A DNA stretch of 64,000 bases from Longimicrobiales bacterium (GTDB lineage Bacteria > Gemmatimonadota > Gemmatimonadetes > Longimicrobiales > Gaopeijiaceae): NCBI GenBank assembly GCA_041690395.1, contig JAWLHJ010000005.1:192001-256000 (forward strand). Reading direction: 5' to 3'. The notes beneath the pieces are model-generated. The model did no database searches, was not told where the DNA came from, and saw only the letters and a list, made by a program, of their open reading frames with translations. Shown in pieces: positions 8,362 to 18,062 of this stretch (positions within the stretch are counted from its first letter, which is position 1; every line of letters starts with the position of its first letter). A program made the position numbers and the translations under genes.

Positions 8362-11046
8362 GTGCGACCCTGGCCGTTTCGCCGGGCCCCCGGGCCCGGC
8401 GGCCTCGAGGGCGATGCCGACGCGGAGATCCGGGACGAGCTGGATCTGTACCTGGAGCTCCGGACCGAGGAGCTGATCGAGGAGGGGATGACGCCCGCGG
8501 CCGCGCGTCGTGGGGCCGAGCGGCGGTTCGGGAATCGTCGGGAGATCGAGCGTCGGCTGCGCAGGGAGGCGCGCCGGCGCCATACACGGGACGGGAGGTG
8601 GACGATGGGGTGGTCGACGAGGGACGTCATGTACGCGCTACGGGGCCTTGCCCGAGCGCCGGGCTTCGCGGCGGTCGCGATCTTGACCCTAGGAGTCGCG
8701 CTGGGAGCCAACACGGCCATCTTCTCGGTGCTCGACGCGGCCGTTCTCCGGGCGCTTCCGTTCGCGGACCACGAGCGGCTGGTGTTCGTGAACGGCTACC
8801 ATCTCCAGGACGGCCAGCGGGCCATCCGGAATGCCTCGGTTCCGGAGTTTCGGGACTGGCGCGAACGGACCCGCTCCATCGATCCGATGGTCGCGTACGA
8901 CCCCAGTGGGGTCACGCTCTCGCGGGCGGACGAAGGCGCGGAGCGAGTGCTCGCGGAGCTGGTCAGCGAAGGGTATTTCGACGTTCTCGGCGGAGCGGTC
9001 GCGAGTGGGCGCTTCTTCACGGAGGACGAGCTGTCCACGCCGGGTGGACATCCGGTGGCGGTTCTCGCGCACGAGCTCTGGCAGAGGCGCTTCGCCGGAG
9101 ATCCGGACGTCGTGGGCCAGACGGTCGAGATCAACGAGCGCACGGTGACGGTGGTGGGCGTGGCGGCGGAGGGATTCCGGGGCGCGACGCTGAGCACGGA
9201 GCTGTGGCTCCCCCTGGCCATGATCGGCATCGTCGGGTCCCCCGACATCCTCGAGTCGCGGGGGACCCGCTTCCTCCCCGTGCTCGGAAGGCTCGTGCCC
9301 GGCGCCACGGTCGCGTCGGCCGAGGCCGAGCTGGACGAGATCTCCCTCGAGCTCCAGGCGCTCTACCCGGATGCCCACGAAGACCGTTTCGCGCAGGTGC
9401 GCTCCTTCAGGGAGGGCTATCTGGGGACAACCGGCGACCTGCTCTGGGTGCTCTTCGGCGCGGGGGCGCTCCTGTTGCTGGTCGCGTCGGCCAACGTGGC
9501 CAACCTGTTGCTCGTCCGGGCACATGGACGTGCGGGGGAGCTGGTCGTGCGCAGGGCGCTCGGCGCGAGCGGCGGGCGACTCACGCGGCAACTCATGACC
9601 GAGAGCCTCGTACTGGCCGGGCTCGGAGGCGTCGTCGGCTTCGTGCTGGCGGCCTGGGGGCTCGGCGCTCTCACCGAGCTCGTGCCGGACGGCGTCCTGC
9701 CGGCCTACGCCGATCCGGTCATCAGCGGCCGCGTGTTCGCCTTCACCCTCGTCGTCCTGGCGCTCGTCGGGATCGGCGCCGGCCTCGTTCCTGCCGTCCG
9801 CTCGGGGCGCGGCGACCTGGCGGGAGCGTTGCGGGGTGCCCGTGGAGCGGTATCGGGTGGGCGCGCGCAGCGGGTGTTCGTCACCACCCAGGTCGCGCTG
9901 GCGCTTCTCTTGCTCATCGGTGCCGGCCTCCTCACGCGCAGCTTCCGCGCACAGCTGGCGGTCGATCCGGGCATGGAGATGGACGGCGTGCATGTCTTCC
10001 GCGTCGAGCTCCCGTCGTCGCGCTATCCGGACGCCGAAGCGCTGCGGGTGTTCACCGAGCAGCTGACGCGCGCGGTGTCGGTCGTGCCAGGCGTCTCTTC
10101 GGTGGCCGCCTCGTCGGACTTCCCGTTCCGCGGCCGGAGCAGCGGCTCGTACGTCGCCAGGGAGGACGATCCCGAGACGCGGATCCGGTACCACCGGCAC
10201 TCGGTGTCGCCGGGGTACTTCACGAATCTCGGGGTCGAGCTCCTCGCCGGGCGCTTCCTCGAGGAACGGGACGACGAGCGCGCGGCGGGCGTCGCGGTGG
10301 TCACCGAGGCCTTCGTGCGCAGGGTGTTCCCCGACGCTGGCTCGGGCGTCGGCCGTACTTTCTGGATCGGGAATCCGTCGAATCCGGACAACCTGGCCGA
10401 GATCGTCGGCGTCGTGGAGGACGTGCGGTACCGGAATCTCACCCAGGACATGATGGCCGAGCCGAACAGCCCGGACGTCTTCTTCTCGCTCCGGCAGGTC
10501 CCGTCCCGGACGCTCGAGGTATCATACCGCGTGGCGGCCGCGGACGCGCCTCCGGTCGCGCGTGTCCGTGACGCCGTGCGCGCCATCGACCCGGACCTGC
10601 CGGTCTTCGCCGAGTCGACCCTGCGCGAAGGCTATCTGCAGCAGACCGCCACGCCCCGACTCGCGGCCCTGCTCATGAGCCTTTTCGGAGCCGTGGCGCT
10701 CACGCTGGCCTGCGTGGGGATCTACGGCGTGCTCGCCTTCACCGTGGCCCGCCGTACCCGCGAGATCGCGGTGCGACGCGCGCTGGGCGCGAAGGCCGGA
10801 GACGTCGCGCGCTCCGTCGTGTGGCAGGGTGTCACGATGGCGGCGCTCGGGGCGGCGATCGGCGCCGGTGGAGCGGCTCTGGGCGTGCGGGTACTCGAGG
10901 GTCTCCTGTTCTCGATCCCACCCACGGACCCGGTGACCTTCGCCCTCGCCGCGGCGGCCACGCTGGCCGTGGCCGCGCTCGCCGCCGCGATTCCGGCGTG
11001 GCGGGCGGCCACACGCTCTCCGGCGGAGGCGCTGGCCCAGGAGTAG
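8362..11046 (+). CDS. ADOP-type duplicated MacB/FtsX permease
   Basis: EIRDELDLYLE prefix, YALRGLARAPGF, GANTAIFS, ANVANLLL, RTREIAVRRALGA; two permease halves; follows PadR. Confidence 0.92.
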   Translation: MRPWPFRRAPGPGGLEGDADAEIRDELDLYLELRTEELIEEGMTPAAARRGAERRFGNRREIERRLRREARRRHTRDGRWTMGWSTRDVMYALRGLARAPGFAAVAILTLGVALGANTAIFSVLDAAVLRALPFADHERLVFVNGYHLQDGQRAIRNASVPEFRDWRERTRSIDPMVAYDPSGVTLSRADEGAERVLAELVSEGYFDVLGGAVASGRFFTEDELSTPGGHPVAVLAHELWQRRFAGDPDVVGQTVEINERTVTVVGVAAEGFRGATLSTELWLPLAMIGIVGSPDILESRGTRFLPVLGRLVPGATVASAEAELDEISLELQALYPDAHEDRFAQVRSFREGYLGTTGDLLWVLFGAGALLLLVASANVANLLLVRAHGRAGELVVRRALGASGGRLTRQLMTESLVLAGLGGVVGFVLAAWGLGALTELVPDGVLPAYADPVISGRVFAFTLVVLALVGIGAGLVPAVRSGRGDLAGALRGARGAVSGGRAQRVFVTTQVALALLLLIGAGLLTRSFRAQLAVDPGMEMDGVHVFRVELPSSRYPDAEALRVFTEQLTRAVSVVPGVSSVAASSDFPFRGRSSGSYVAREDDPETRIRYHRHSVSPGYFTNLGVELLAGRFLEERDDERAAGVAVVTEAFVRRVFPDAGSGVGRTFWIGNPSNPDNLAEIVGVVEDVRYRNLTQDMMAEPNSPDVFFSLRQVPSRTLEVSYRVAAADAPPVARVRDAVRAIDPDLPVFAESTLREGYLQQTATPRLAALLMSLFGAVALTLACVGIYGVLAFTVARRTREIAVRRALGAKAGDVARSVVWQGVTMAALGAAIGAGGAALGVRVLEGLLFSIPPTDPVTFALAAAATLAVAALAAAIPAWRAATRSPAEALAQE

Positions 11047-11097
11047 CGCGCACTCCGGACTGCCGGGTGGCTCCGGTACCCCTCCCTCCATACATTC

Positions 11098-11128
11098 CCG
11101 CCCGGCTCCCCCAAGGGGGGCCGGGCGG
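11098..11128. terminator. GC-rich hairpin downstream of the permease
   Basis: 14-bp stem CCGCCCGGCTCCCC / GGGGGGCCGGGCGG (one G-U), 3-nt loop, no U tract. Confidence 0.35.
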
Positions 11129-11181
11129 CATGTCGTTTCCGGCCGTCGATTCCATTCTCATCGCCATTGGAGAGACACGGC

Positions 11182-12123
11182 TTGAAGCGCATTCTGGTGA
11201 CCGGAGCCGGCGGGCAGATCGGCTCCTGGCTCGTTCCCGAGCTCCGCGCCCTGTACGGTGCGTCGAACGTCCTCGCCACCGACGTCCGGCAGCTGGAGAC
11301 GGAGGTCGCCGAGGGCGGTCCCTTCCAGGTGCTCGACGCGACCCACGCCCGCTCGGTGGGTCAGGCGGTCATGAGGCACGACGCCGACACGGTGTTCCAC
11401 CTCGCGGCCATCCTCTCCGCGGTCGGCGAGCGCGATCCACGGCTGGCCTGGCACGTGAACATGGCGAGTCTGGAAGCGGTCCTGGAGGTCGCCCGCGAGC
11501 AGGGGTGCGCGGTGTTCACGCCGAGCTCGATCGGTGTTTTCGGACCCGGTACTCCGAAGGATCCCACGCCGCAGGACACGATCATGCGTCCGGCCACGAT
11601 CTACGGGATCACCAAGGTCGCGGGCGAGCTCCTGTGCGACTACTACCACTCCCGCTACGGCGTCGACACGCGGGGCGTGCGCTTTCCGGGGCTCATCTCC
11701 TACGGGGCGCCTCCGGGCGGTGGCACGACGGACTGGGCGGTCGACATCTTCTACCAGGCGGTGGAGAAGGGGCGCTACACCTGCTTCCTCGGGCCGGACC
11801 AGCAGCTCGACATGATGTACATGCCCGACGCCATACGTGCGATCATCGGCCTGATGGAGGCCGATCCGGAGCGGCTGGTCCACCGGAACGCGTTCAACGT
11901 TACGGCCATGCAGCTCGCGCCCGAGCGTCTCGCCACCGAGATCCGCAAGCACGTGCCGGGCTTCGAGATCGACTACGACATCGACCCCGTGCGTCAGACG
12001 ATCGCCGATTCGTGGCCGGACAGGATCGACGACTCGGCGGCCCGGGAGGAGTGGGGATGGCGCCCGGAGTTCGACGCCGCGGCCATGACCGAAGACATGC
12101 TGAAACACCTGGGGAACGCCTGA
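11182..12123 (+). CDS. tdh: SDR-type L-threonine 3-dehydrogenase
   Basis: ILVTGAGGQIG, HLAAILSA, PSSIGVFG, YGITK, PGGGTTD, MMYMPDA, IADSWP; adjacent to kbl; TTG start approximate. Confidence 0.85.
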   Translation: MKRILVTGAGGQIGSWLVPELRALYGASNVLATDVRQLETEVAEGGPFQVLDATHARSVGQAVMRHDADTVFHLAAILSAVGERDPRLAWHVNMASLEAVLEVAREQGCAVFTPSSIGVFGPGTPKDPTPQDTIMRPATIYGITKVAGELLCDYYHSRYGVDTRGVRFPGLISYGAPPGGGTTDWAVDIFYQAVEKGRYTCFLGPDQQLDMMYMPDAIRAIIGLMEADPERLVHRNAFNVTAMQLAPERLATEIRKHVPGFEIDYDIDPVRQTIADSWPDRIDDSAAREEWGWRPEFDAAAMTEDMLKHLGNA

Positions 12124-12179
12124 CCGCGAAACGGCGGGTGTCCCGTACCACACACACGAACATCGGACGAAGAGACGAC

Positions 12180-13406
12180 ATGGGGATGGACCGACTGAGC
12201 GCCGCGCTCCGCGCGCACGTGAAGGGACTCGACGAAGCCGGAACCGCGAAGGGCGCCGAGACCGTGGTCGTCGGCGTGAAGCCGGCTTCCGGAGATCGGG
12301 GTCCGCGCTTCCTGTTGGAGGGAGAGGGAGATCGTGAGTTCATGAGGATGAACTCCAACTCGTATCTCGGGCTCGGCCTCCACCCTTCGCTCGTCGAGGC
12401 CGAGGAGCGGGCCACGGCCGCATTCGGTGTCGGCCCCGGCGCGGTGCGCTTCATCTCGGGCAGCTACGCTGCGCACATCGCCCTGGAGCGGAAGCTGGCC
12501 GAGTTCCACGGCAGGGAAGCCGCCATGATCTTCTCGTCGGCGTACGCGACGGTGGTCTCCACCATCACGCCGCTCGTGACGGAAGAGACGGTGCTCGTCT
12601 CGGACGAGCTGAACCACAACTGCATCATCAACGCGATGCGGCTGTCCCGTCCGGCCGGCAAGGCGATCTACCCGCACAACGACCTGGACGCGCTCGACCG
12701 CGCGCTCACGGAGTGGAAGGGGAAGGCCCGCCGCGCGATCGTGGTCACGGACGGCATCTTCTCCATGCGTGGCGACCATGCGCCCCTGGCGGAGATCCTC
12801 GAGATCTGTGCGCGGCACGACGCGGACTACGAGGAGAACGTCGTCAGCGTGGTGGACGACTCCCACGGCGTGGGCGCGTTCGGTGCGACTGGGCGCGGGA
12901 CGGAGGAGTACACCGGCAGCGGCCCCGCGGACATCCTGGTGGGCACGCTCGGGAAGGCGTTCGGCGTGAACGGCGGCTACGTGACCTCGAGCGCCGACGT
13001 GATCCGCTCCCTCCGGGAGTCGGCGCCGATGTACATCTACTCGAACCCGATCACCGTCGGGGAGGCCGCGGCCGCGTTGAGAGCCGTCGAGCTCGTGGAC
13101 AGTCCGGAAGGGGTGAAGCGGCTGGAGAAGCTACGGGCGCTCACGCGGAGGTTCGAACAGGGACTCGGGCGCGTCGGCATCGAGACGATTCCGGGCGAGC
13201 ATCCGGTCGTGCCCCTCATGATCCGGGACACCGCGCGCACGCGGGCCCTGGTTCGCTACCTGTTCGACAACGGCGTGCTGGTGACCGGCCTGACGTATCC
13301 CGTGGTCCCGCGGGGCGACGAGGAGATTCGCACGCAGGTCAACGCCGATCACACGGAGTCGGACATCGACCACGTGCTGGAGCTGCTGGGCGCGTTCGAA
13401 GGCTGA
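12180..13406 (+). CDS. kbl: Glycine C-acetyltransferase (2-amino-3-ketobutyrate CoA ligase)
   Basis: NSYLGL, VRFISG, SDELNHN, DGIFSMRG, DDSHG, GTLGKA, YPVVP; adjacent to tdh. Confidence 0.8.
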   Translation: MGMDRLSAALRAHVKGLDEAGTAKGAETVVVGVKPASGDRGPRFLLEGEGDREFMRMNSNSYLGLGLHPSLVEAEERATAAFGVGPGAVRFISGSYAAHIALERKLAEFHGREAAMIFSSAYATVVSTITPLVTEETVLVSDELNHNCIINAMRLSRPAGKAIYPHNDLDALDRALTEWKGKARRAIVVTDGIFSMRGDHAPLAEILEICARHDADYEENVVSVVDDSHGVGAFGATGRGTEEYTGSGPADILVGTLGKAFGVNGGYVTSSADVIRSLRESAPMYIYSNPITVGEAAAALRAVELVDSPEGVKRLEKLRALTRRFEQGLGRVGIETIPGEHPVVPLMIRDTARTRALVRYLFDNGVLVTGLTYPVVPRGDEEIRTQVNADHTESDIDHVLELLGAFEG

Positions 13407-13455
13407 CGCGCCCAGCAGCCGCACGATGCCCCACCCCGCGGCGGGCGGGCGCCGG

Positions 13456-13908
13456 TCAGTTCGGCGCGCGGAACGCCTGATGGCACGCGCTGCACGTGCC
13501 GCCCACGGCCTGGATGCCCTGTTGGATGGCCTCGGCATCCCGCATCTCGGCGGCTTCGAGTAGCTGAGCGGTCGCGACCTCGAAGGCCGTGACCCGCTCC
13601 TCGAACCCGGCGCGATTCTGCCACACCGCGGGGAGGGCACCGGAGTTGGCGGCGGAGCCCTCACGGAAGGCGTCGCCGAGCATCTCGCCGATGCCGTACA
13701 GGGCCCGGGCGTAGTGGACGGTGTGGGTCGGCTGTCCGACCGCGCCCACCGCGCGCAGCTGCATGACGTTGGTGCGGATCGCCTGCATGATGTTCTGGCG
13801 GTACGTGACCTCGGCGGGCGCGTCCTGCGCGACGGCGCGCTCGGGGGCGCCCAGCGCAAGGGCGCCGGCCAGGACGAGGGCTGCGGAGATCGTAGCGGTA
13901 CGGGTCAC
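13456..13908 (-). CDS. Class II cytochrome c (c'/c556-like)
   Basis: Signal peptide, YRQNIM, ALPAVWQN, C-terminal CSACH; GGGAG RBS before GTG. Confidence 0.85.
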   Translation of the reverse strand: MTRTATISAALVLAGALALGAPERAVAQDAPAEVTYRQNIMQAIRTNVMQLRAVGAVGQPTHTVHYARALYGIGEMLGDAFREGSAANSGALPAVWQNRAGFEERVTAFEVATAQLLEAAEMRDAEAIQQGIQAVGGTCSACHQAFRAPN

Positions 13909-14066
13909 TGTCCACTCCCGGGTTGGTGACCGGGCGCTCCCTCTGGAGCCGCCCGGAGTCTCATGAGATGACGAGGATCGGCGACCACGATACACCGGCT
14001 CGGCCCATCGCGCGAGCGGGTCGGCGCGGGAACGACTCCGCGTGAGCCGGCGCCCGCGGGGGACCG

Positions 14067-15383
14067 TCAGAAGAATCTGCGACCGCCCGTGCGGATCCGA
14101 GGGTTCACCACGTTGTTGAAGACCGATCCGAACGTGAAGCTGAAGCCGACATCGACGGAATACTCGAAGTCGGTCCCGATCTCCGTTCGGCCCAGCAGCC
14201 GATCTTCGAGATCGACCTCGGTGACCGACAGGTAGATCTGATCCTTGACCCGGGCCACGCTGCCGCGGATGTCGAGGTTGAAGCCGCGGAAGAGCCGGAT
14301 CTCGAGGTTCGTGAAGACGTCGACCCGGTGCTGGGTCACGTCGTCCAGGAAGTGCGAGCCCTCGACCGAGAGGACGAACTCACCCCAGGGCTGGCGGAAG
14401 TCCGCGGAGATCTCGAGGCTGTGCTCGGGCCGCGTTTCGGCCAGCTGCCCGAACACCGTCGTGTCCTGATACTGGAAGGTCGCCGCCCCGATCCGGTAGA
14501 GGGCGGTGATCTGACGGTTGTTGGCCTCCGCGTACGGATAGAGCGAGTACTCCAGCGCGGGCCCGCCCCGAAGGTAGAAGCGCTGGTTCGACGGGCTGTC
14601 TGAGCCGCTCTCCGCGCTGAGCCCCCACGACCAATGCGGCCCGATGCTCCAGACCGCGGTCGACGAGACGTCGATCTCGGTGGCGGACGACGTGAAGGAC
14701 TCGACGTTGCCGACCTCGTCGACGTCGTCGAACTCCTCCCACTCGTACTCACCGCGGAAGCCGATGTCGATCTTGAAGTCCTCGGTGGTCCGGCTCGCGG
14801 ACAGGCCGCCGTTCAAGGCCCTCGATCGCTCCAGGCTCTCGCCCTCGAGCTCTCCGCTCATGTTGGCCCGGAAGACCCAGAGGTCCCACGGGTCGTCGTC
14901 GGGCACGGTCTGGCGGGAGGGGCCCGTCACCTCGCGGAACCCGAGCTCGATACGGTCCGTCTGGGCCGCGTACGCCAGATACCGGACGAGCCCGGCTCCG
15001 AACGTCTGCGCATATCCTCTGCGCACCTCGTCGTCGCTGTCCGTCTGGAGCGTCACGTACCGCAGCGTGTCCGCGAGGCCGGCCAGCTGATTGCGGCCGA
15101 GGAACTGGAACACGTACTCCTCTCCGCCGGCGCCCGTCTGCTGGTTGGTGACCAGGACGTGGAGGTCGGCCACGGCAGGGTCACGGACGTAGTCGATGAT
15201 CGGGACCTGCTCCCGGATGAAGTCGAAGTCACAGCGCTGACAGTCGAGGTAGACGCGGAGCCCGGCGGGAGGGGCCGGTGGCCCTTCCGGGTCCTGGGCG
15301 AGGGCCGGGGTCGCGGACACCGACAGCAGGAGGGCGAGCGCGATGGAGCGCGCGGACCGGAGCAGATCGGTGGAAGTGGGCAT
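14067..15383 (-). CDS. Uncharacterised secreted / outer-membrane beta-barrel protein
   Basis: Signal peptide (ALAQ), VYLDCQRCD, DPWDLWVF, amphipathic strands, C-terminal FTFGSVFNNVVNPR. Confidence 0.7.
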   Translation of the reverse strand: MPTSTDLLRSARSIALALLLSVSATPALAQDPEGPPAPPAGLRVYLDCQRCDFDFIREQVPIIDYVRDPAVADLHVLVTNQQTGAGGEEYVFQFLGRNQLAGLADTLRYVTLQTDSDDEVRRGYAQTFGAGLVRYLAYAAQTDRIELGFREVTGPSRQTVPDDDPWDLWVFRANMSGELEGESLERSRALNGGLSASRTTEDFKIDIGFRGEYEWEEFDDVDEVGNVESFTSSATEIDVSSTAVWSIGPHWSWGLSAESGSDSPSNQRFYLRGGPALEYSLYPYAEANNRQITALYRIGAATFQYQDTTVFGQLAETRPEHSLEISADFRQPWGEFVLSVEGSHFLDDVTQHRVDVFTNLEIRLFRGFNLDIRGSVARVKDQIYLSVTEVDLEDRLLGRTEIGTDFEYSVDVGFSFTFGSVFNNVVNPRIRTGGRRFF

Positions 15384-15474
15384 ATCTGAAGCTATCCGCG
15401 CGAGGTGCGTACCGGTGTTCGCACCGCACACGGATCGTGTAAGGGATCGGTAAGAGGGTTCGACCCCGGTACAC

Positions 15475-16164
15475 TCAGCGGCGCAACCGATACCCCTTCT
15501 TCCGAACGGTGAGGATGTGCGCGGGGGCGGAGGGATCCTCTTCGAGCTTTCTTCGGAGCTCGGCGACATGAACGTCCACGGTACGCGTCTCGACGTTCGC
15601 GTTGGCATACTCCCAGACCTCACGGAGGAGCTCCGAGCGGGACGCCACGGCCCCGTCACGCTTGAGCAGCGCGACGAGCAGATCGAACTCCTTGGGGGAG
15701 AGCGTGACGCTCTCTCCGTCCCGGATGACGGTCCCCGACGCCGGGTTCACCTCGACCCCACCGAAGCGCCACACCGGGAGATGCGTACTCTCGCCCCCGC
15801 GGGTGGCCCGTCGGAGCAGCGCGCGAACCCGGGCGAGCAGCTCGCCGGTGCTGAACGGCTTCGTGACGTAGTCGTCGGCACCCCGGTCGAAGCCCATGAG
15901 CACGTCCGCCTCGTCACCGCGTGCCGTGAGGATCAGGACGGGAGTCCGGTCGCCGCGTGTCCGCAGCTCGGCGAGCAGCGTCAGGCCGTCGACGTCGGGA
16001 AGGGTGAGGTCGAGCACGACCAGATCGGGTGGGCCGTCCTCGAGCGACAGGCGCGCGGCGCCGCCGTCCGGCGCGACCTCCACGTCGTGTCCTTCGAACT
16101 CCAGCGTCGCCCGTAGGCCGAACGCCAGATCGTCGTTGTCCTCAACCAGCAGTATGTGCGCCAA
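15475..16164 (-). CDS. OmpR/PhoB family response regulator
   Basis: ILLVEDN, VLDLTLP, GADDYVTKPF, RTVDVHV, TVRKKGY. Confidence 0.95.
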   Translation of the reverse strand: MAHILLVEDNDDLAFGLRATLEFEGHDVEVAPDGGAARLSLEDGPPDLVVLDLTLPDVDGLTLLAELRTRGDRTPVLILTARGDEADVLMGFDRGADDYVTKPFSTGELLARVRALLRRATRGGESTHLPVWRFGGVEVNPASGTVIRDGESVTLSPKEFDLLVALLKRDGAVASRSELLREVWEYANANVETRTVDVHVAELRRKLEEDPSAPAHILTVRKKGYRLRR

Positions 16165-17902
16165 CGCGAGGACTCGGGTGAGGGTCGTGGGTCGGTTCCG
16201 TCGGATGCCGTTCGGGACCTGTGGAGACCTCCGGGGCAGCTTCGAGTTCTACGATGAACCGGGCTCCTCCACCGGGGGCGTCGTCGATCCACACCCGCCC
16301 CCGGAGCTCGCCGACCAGTGTCTTCACGACCGCCAGGCCCACGCCGCTCCCCGGCTTGTGTCCGTCGACGTCGCGGGGGAGACGAACGTAGGGCTCCCAG
16401 ATCGTCGCCCGGTCCTGTTCCGGCACGCCAGGACCCTCGTCGTCCACGACGATCCGCACGAGACCGGCATCACGGTCGACGCCGATGCGGACCGTCTGGC
16501 CCGGTGGTCCGTACTTCATCGCGTTGTCGAGGAGGTTGCTGAGGATCTGGCGGAGCGCATCCCGATGGGCCATGACGGCGAGGCCCTCGGGGATATCCGC
16601 GGCGATGACCCCGGCGTCCGGATCCATCAGCGGACGGAACGCTTCGGCGACGTCCGAGGCGCACTCGTCGAGCAGGACGGGCTGGAGGGGGCTCGGTGAG
16701 CGTGGGACCGCGCGACTCCGGGAGAAGTGGAGGATGTTCTCGACGAGCTGGGTGAGGCGCTGTGATTCCCGGGCCATGATACGGTTCGCCCGCTCCCGCT
16801 CCTCGTCGGTGCGGAACTTCCGGTCGGCCTGCAGCTCGGCCAGCATCCGGATCTGAGCGAGGGGTGTGCGTAGCTCGTGCGACACGCTCGAGATGAAGTC
16901 CTCCCGCAGGCGTGCGAGCTGCTGATGCTTCCGTACTTCCCAGAGACCCGCCGCGCCGACCGCGAGGGTGAGCCCGAGCAGTGCCAGTGAAAACGGGAGC
17001 CGGGATGACGGCAGACCGCCGATGACCAGTCGGCCCGCGGCGTCAGGGCGGATCGAGGCCTCGACCACGACCCCGCCGAGATAGCGGTCGAGCGTATCCG
17101 CGGCGACCGCACCGGTCCTGCCGTCCTCGTGGGACGCGAACAGCAGTCCGCTGTCGGCGCCATGTAGCTCGATGCGGACCAGGCCCGCTTCGTCCGCACC
17201 GCGGGTGATCGCTTCCGGGAGCAGCGCATGACGCTCGTACCAGTGCTCGGCGAGCTCGGTGAGAGCCGTGCGGCCGACCACCACGCCGTAGGCCATGACC
17301 GGAGTGTCCTGCCCGTCGAACACCGTGGCCCAGAGCACCACGCCTTCCCCGGTCCCCGACTCTGCCTCGAGCGTGGCGAGCTCGTAGCGTTCGGGCGGGG
17401 TCGAGGCCAGGCGGTCGCGGACGAACGCCGTGACCGCCTCGCCGTCCGCGGCCGGCAGAGCGCCGTCGAAGCTCGACCGGCCGGTCCTCAGGTCCGTCCG
17501 GAAGACCAGGGAGGGGTTCTGGAGTCCGGGACAGGGGCAACGGATCGCTTCCGCGGCGTCATCGAGCTCCCACCGGACCTCGACCGGATCCGGCATGCGA
17601 CCGGCACGGTACCGCCTCGGGATCTCGTCGAAGGCCACGTCGAAGATCCTCGAAAGATGCTCCCTCGCGACCCGACCGTACTCGGCGGCGGCGATGCCGG
17701 CGTAGTCGGACAGGACGGCTTGCGTCGTGGCCTGGTGCGAGCGGGCCGTCGCGTACGCCTGGACTGCCAGCGTGCAGGCCAGCACCACGATGGCGAGTAG
17801 GAACACGGCCAACATCGTGGTCGACGTTGGGGCCGGGCGGCGGAGATGAAATGCGCGCGACACCGGAGCGCCTCCGGGGGCGAGGGATGGAGCGTCCGAC
17901 AA
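16142..17902 (-). CDS. Membrane sensor histidine kinase
   Basis: Two TM segments, SHELRTPL, NLLDNAMKY, DEGPG, GSGVGL; start uncertain (alternative ATG 17815). Confidence 0.92.
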   Translation of the reverse strand: MSDAPSLAPGGAPVSRAFHLRRPAPTSTTMLAVFLLAIVVLACTLAVQAYATARSHQATTQAVLSDYAGIAAAEYGRVAREHLSRIFDVAFDEIPRRYRAGRMPDPVEVRWELDDAAEAIRCPCPGLQNPSLVFRTDLRTGRSSFDGALPAADGEAVTAFVRDRLASTPPERYELATLEAESGTGEGVVLWATVFDGQDTPVMAYGVVVGRTALTELAEHWYERHALLPEAITRGADEAGLVRIELHGADSGLLFASHEDGRTGAVAADTLDRYLGGVVVEASIRPDAAGRLVIGGLPSSRLPFSLALLGLTLAVGAAGLWEVRKHQQLARLREDFISSVSHELRTPLAQIRMLAELQADRKFRTDEERERANRIMARESQRLTQLVENILHFSRSRAVPRSPSPLQPVLLDECASDVAEAFRPLMDPDAGVIAADIPEGLAVMAHRDALRQILSNLLDNAMKYGPPGQTVRIGVDRDAGLVRIVVDDEGPGVPEQDRATIWEPYVRLPRDVDGHKPGSGVGLAVVKTLVGELRGRVWIDDAPGGGARFIVELEAAPEVSTGPERHPTEPTHDPHPSPRVGAHTAG

Positions 17903-18062
17903 TCATGCGGCTCGGACGACCGGGCGGGCAACGCTCGGCGTGTTCGGAAGTCGTAAGGCGGCGTCGTGGGAGGGCCGCTGTCCTTCGCGCGACTTGCTCG
18001 ACGCGACGTCGGCGGCCATCCTGCCGTGGAACGGACCGACAACCCCACCGGAGAGGTGCCCG

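Noticed and set aside
10821..12179. Long N-terminal extension of the 861-aa ORF (similar extensions at 3058, 30341 and 38634)
   Set aside because: They overlap well-supported genes and are Arg/Pro/Gly-rich off-frame readings typical of high-GC DNA; the real starts are downstream
12180..13406. Possible serine palmitoyltransferase partnering the DEGS-like desaturase
   Set aside because: Same alpha-oxoamine synthase family, but it sits directly after a threonine dehydrogenase, so Kbl is far more likely; phylogeny would confirm
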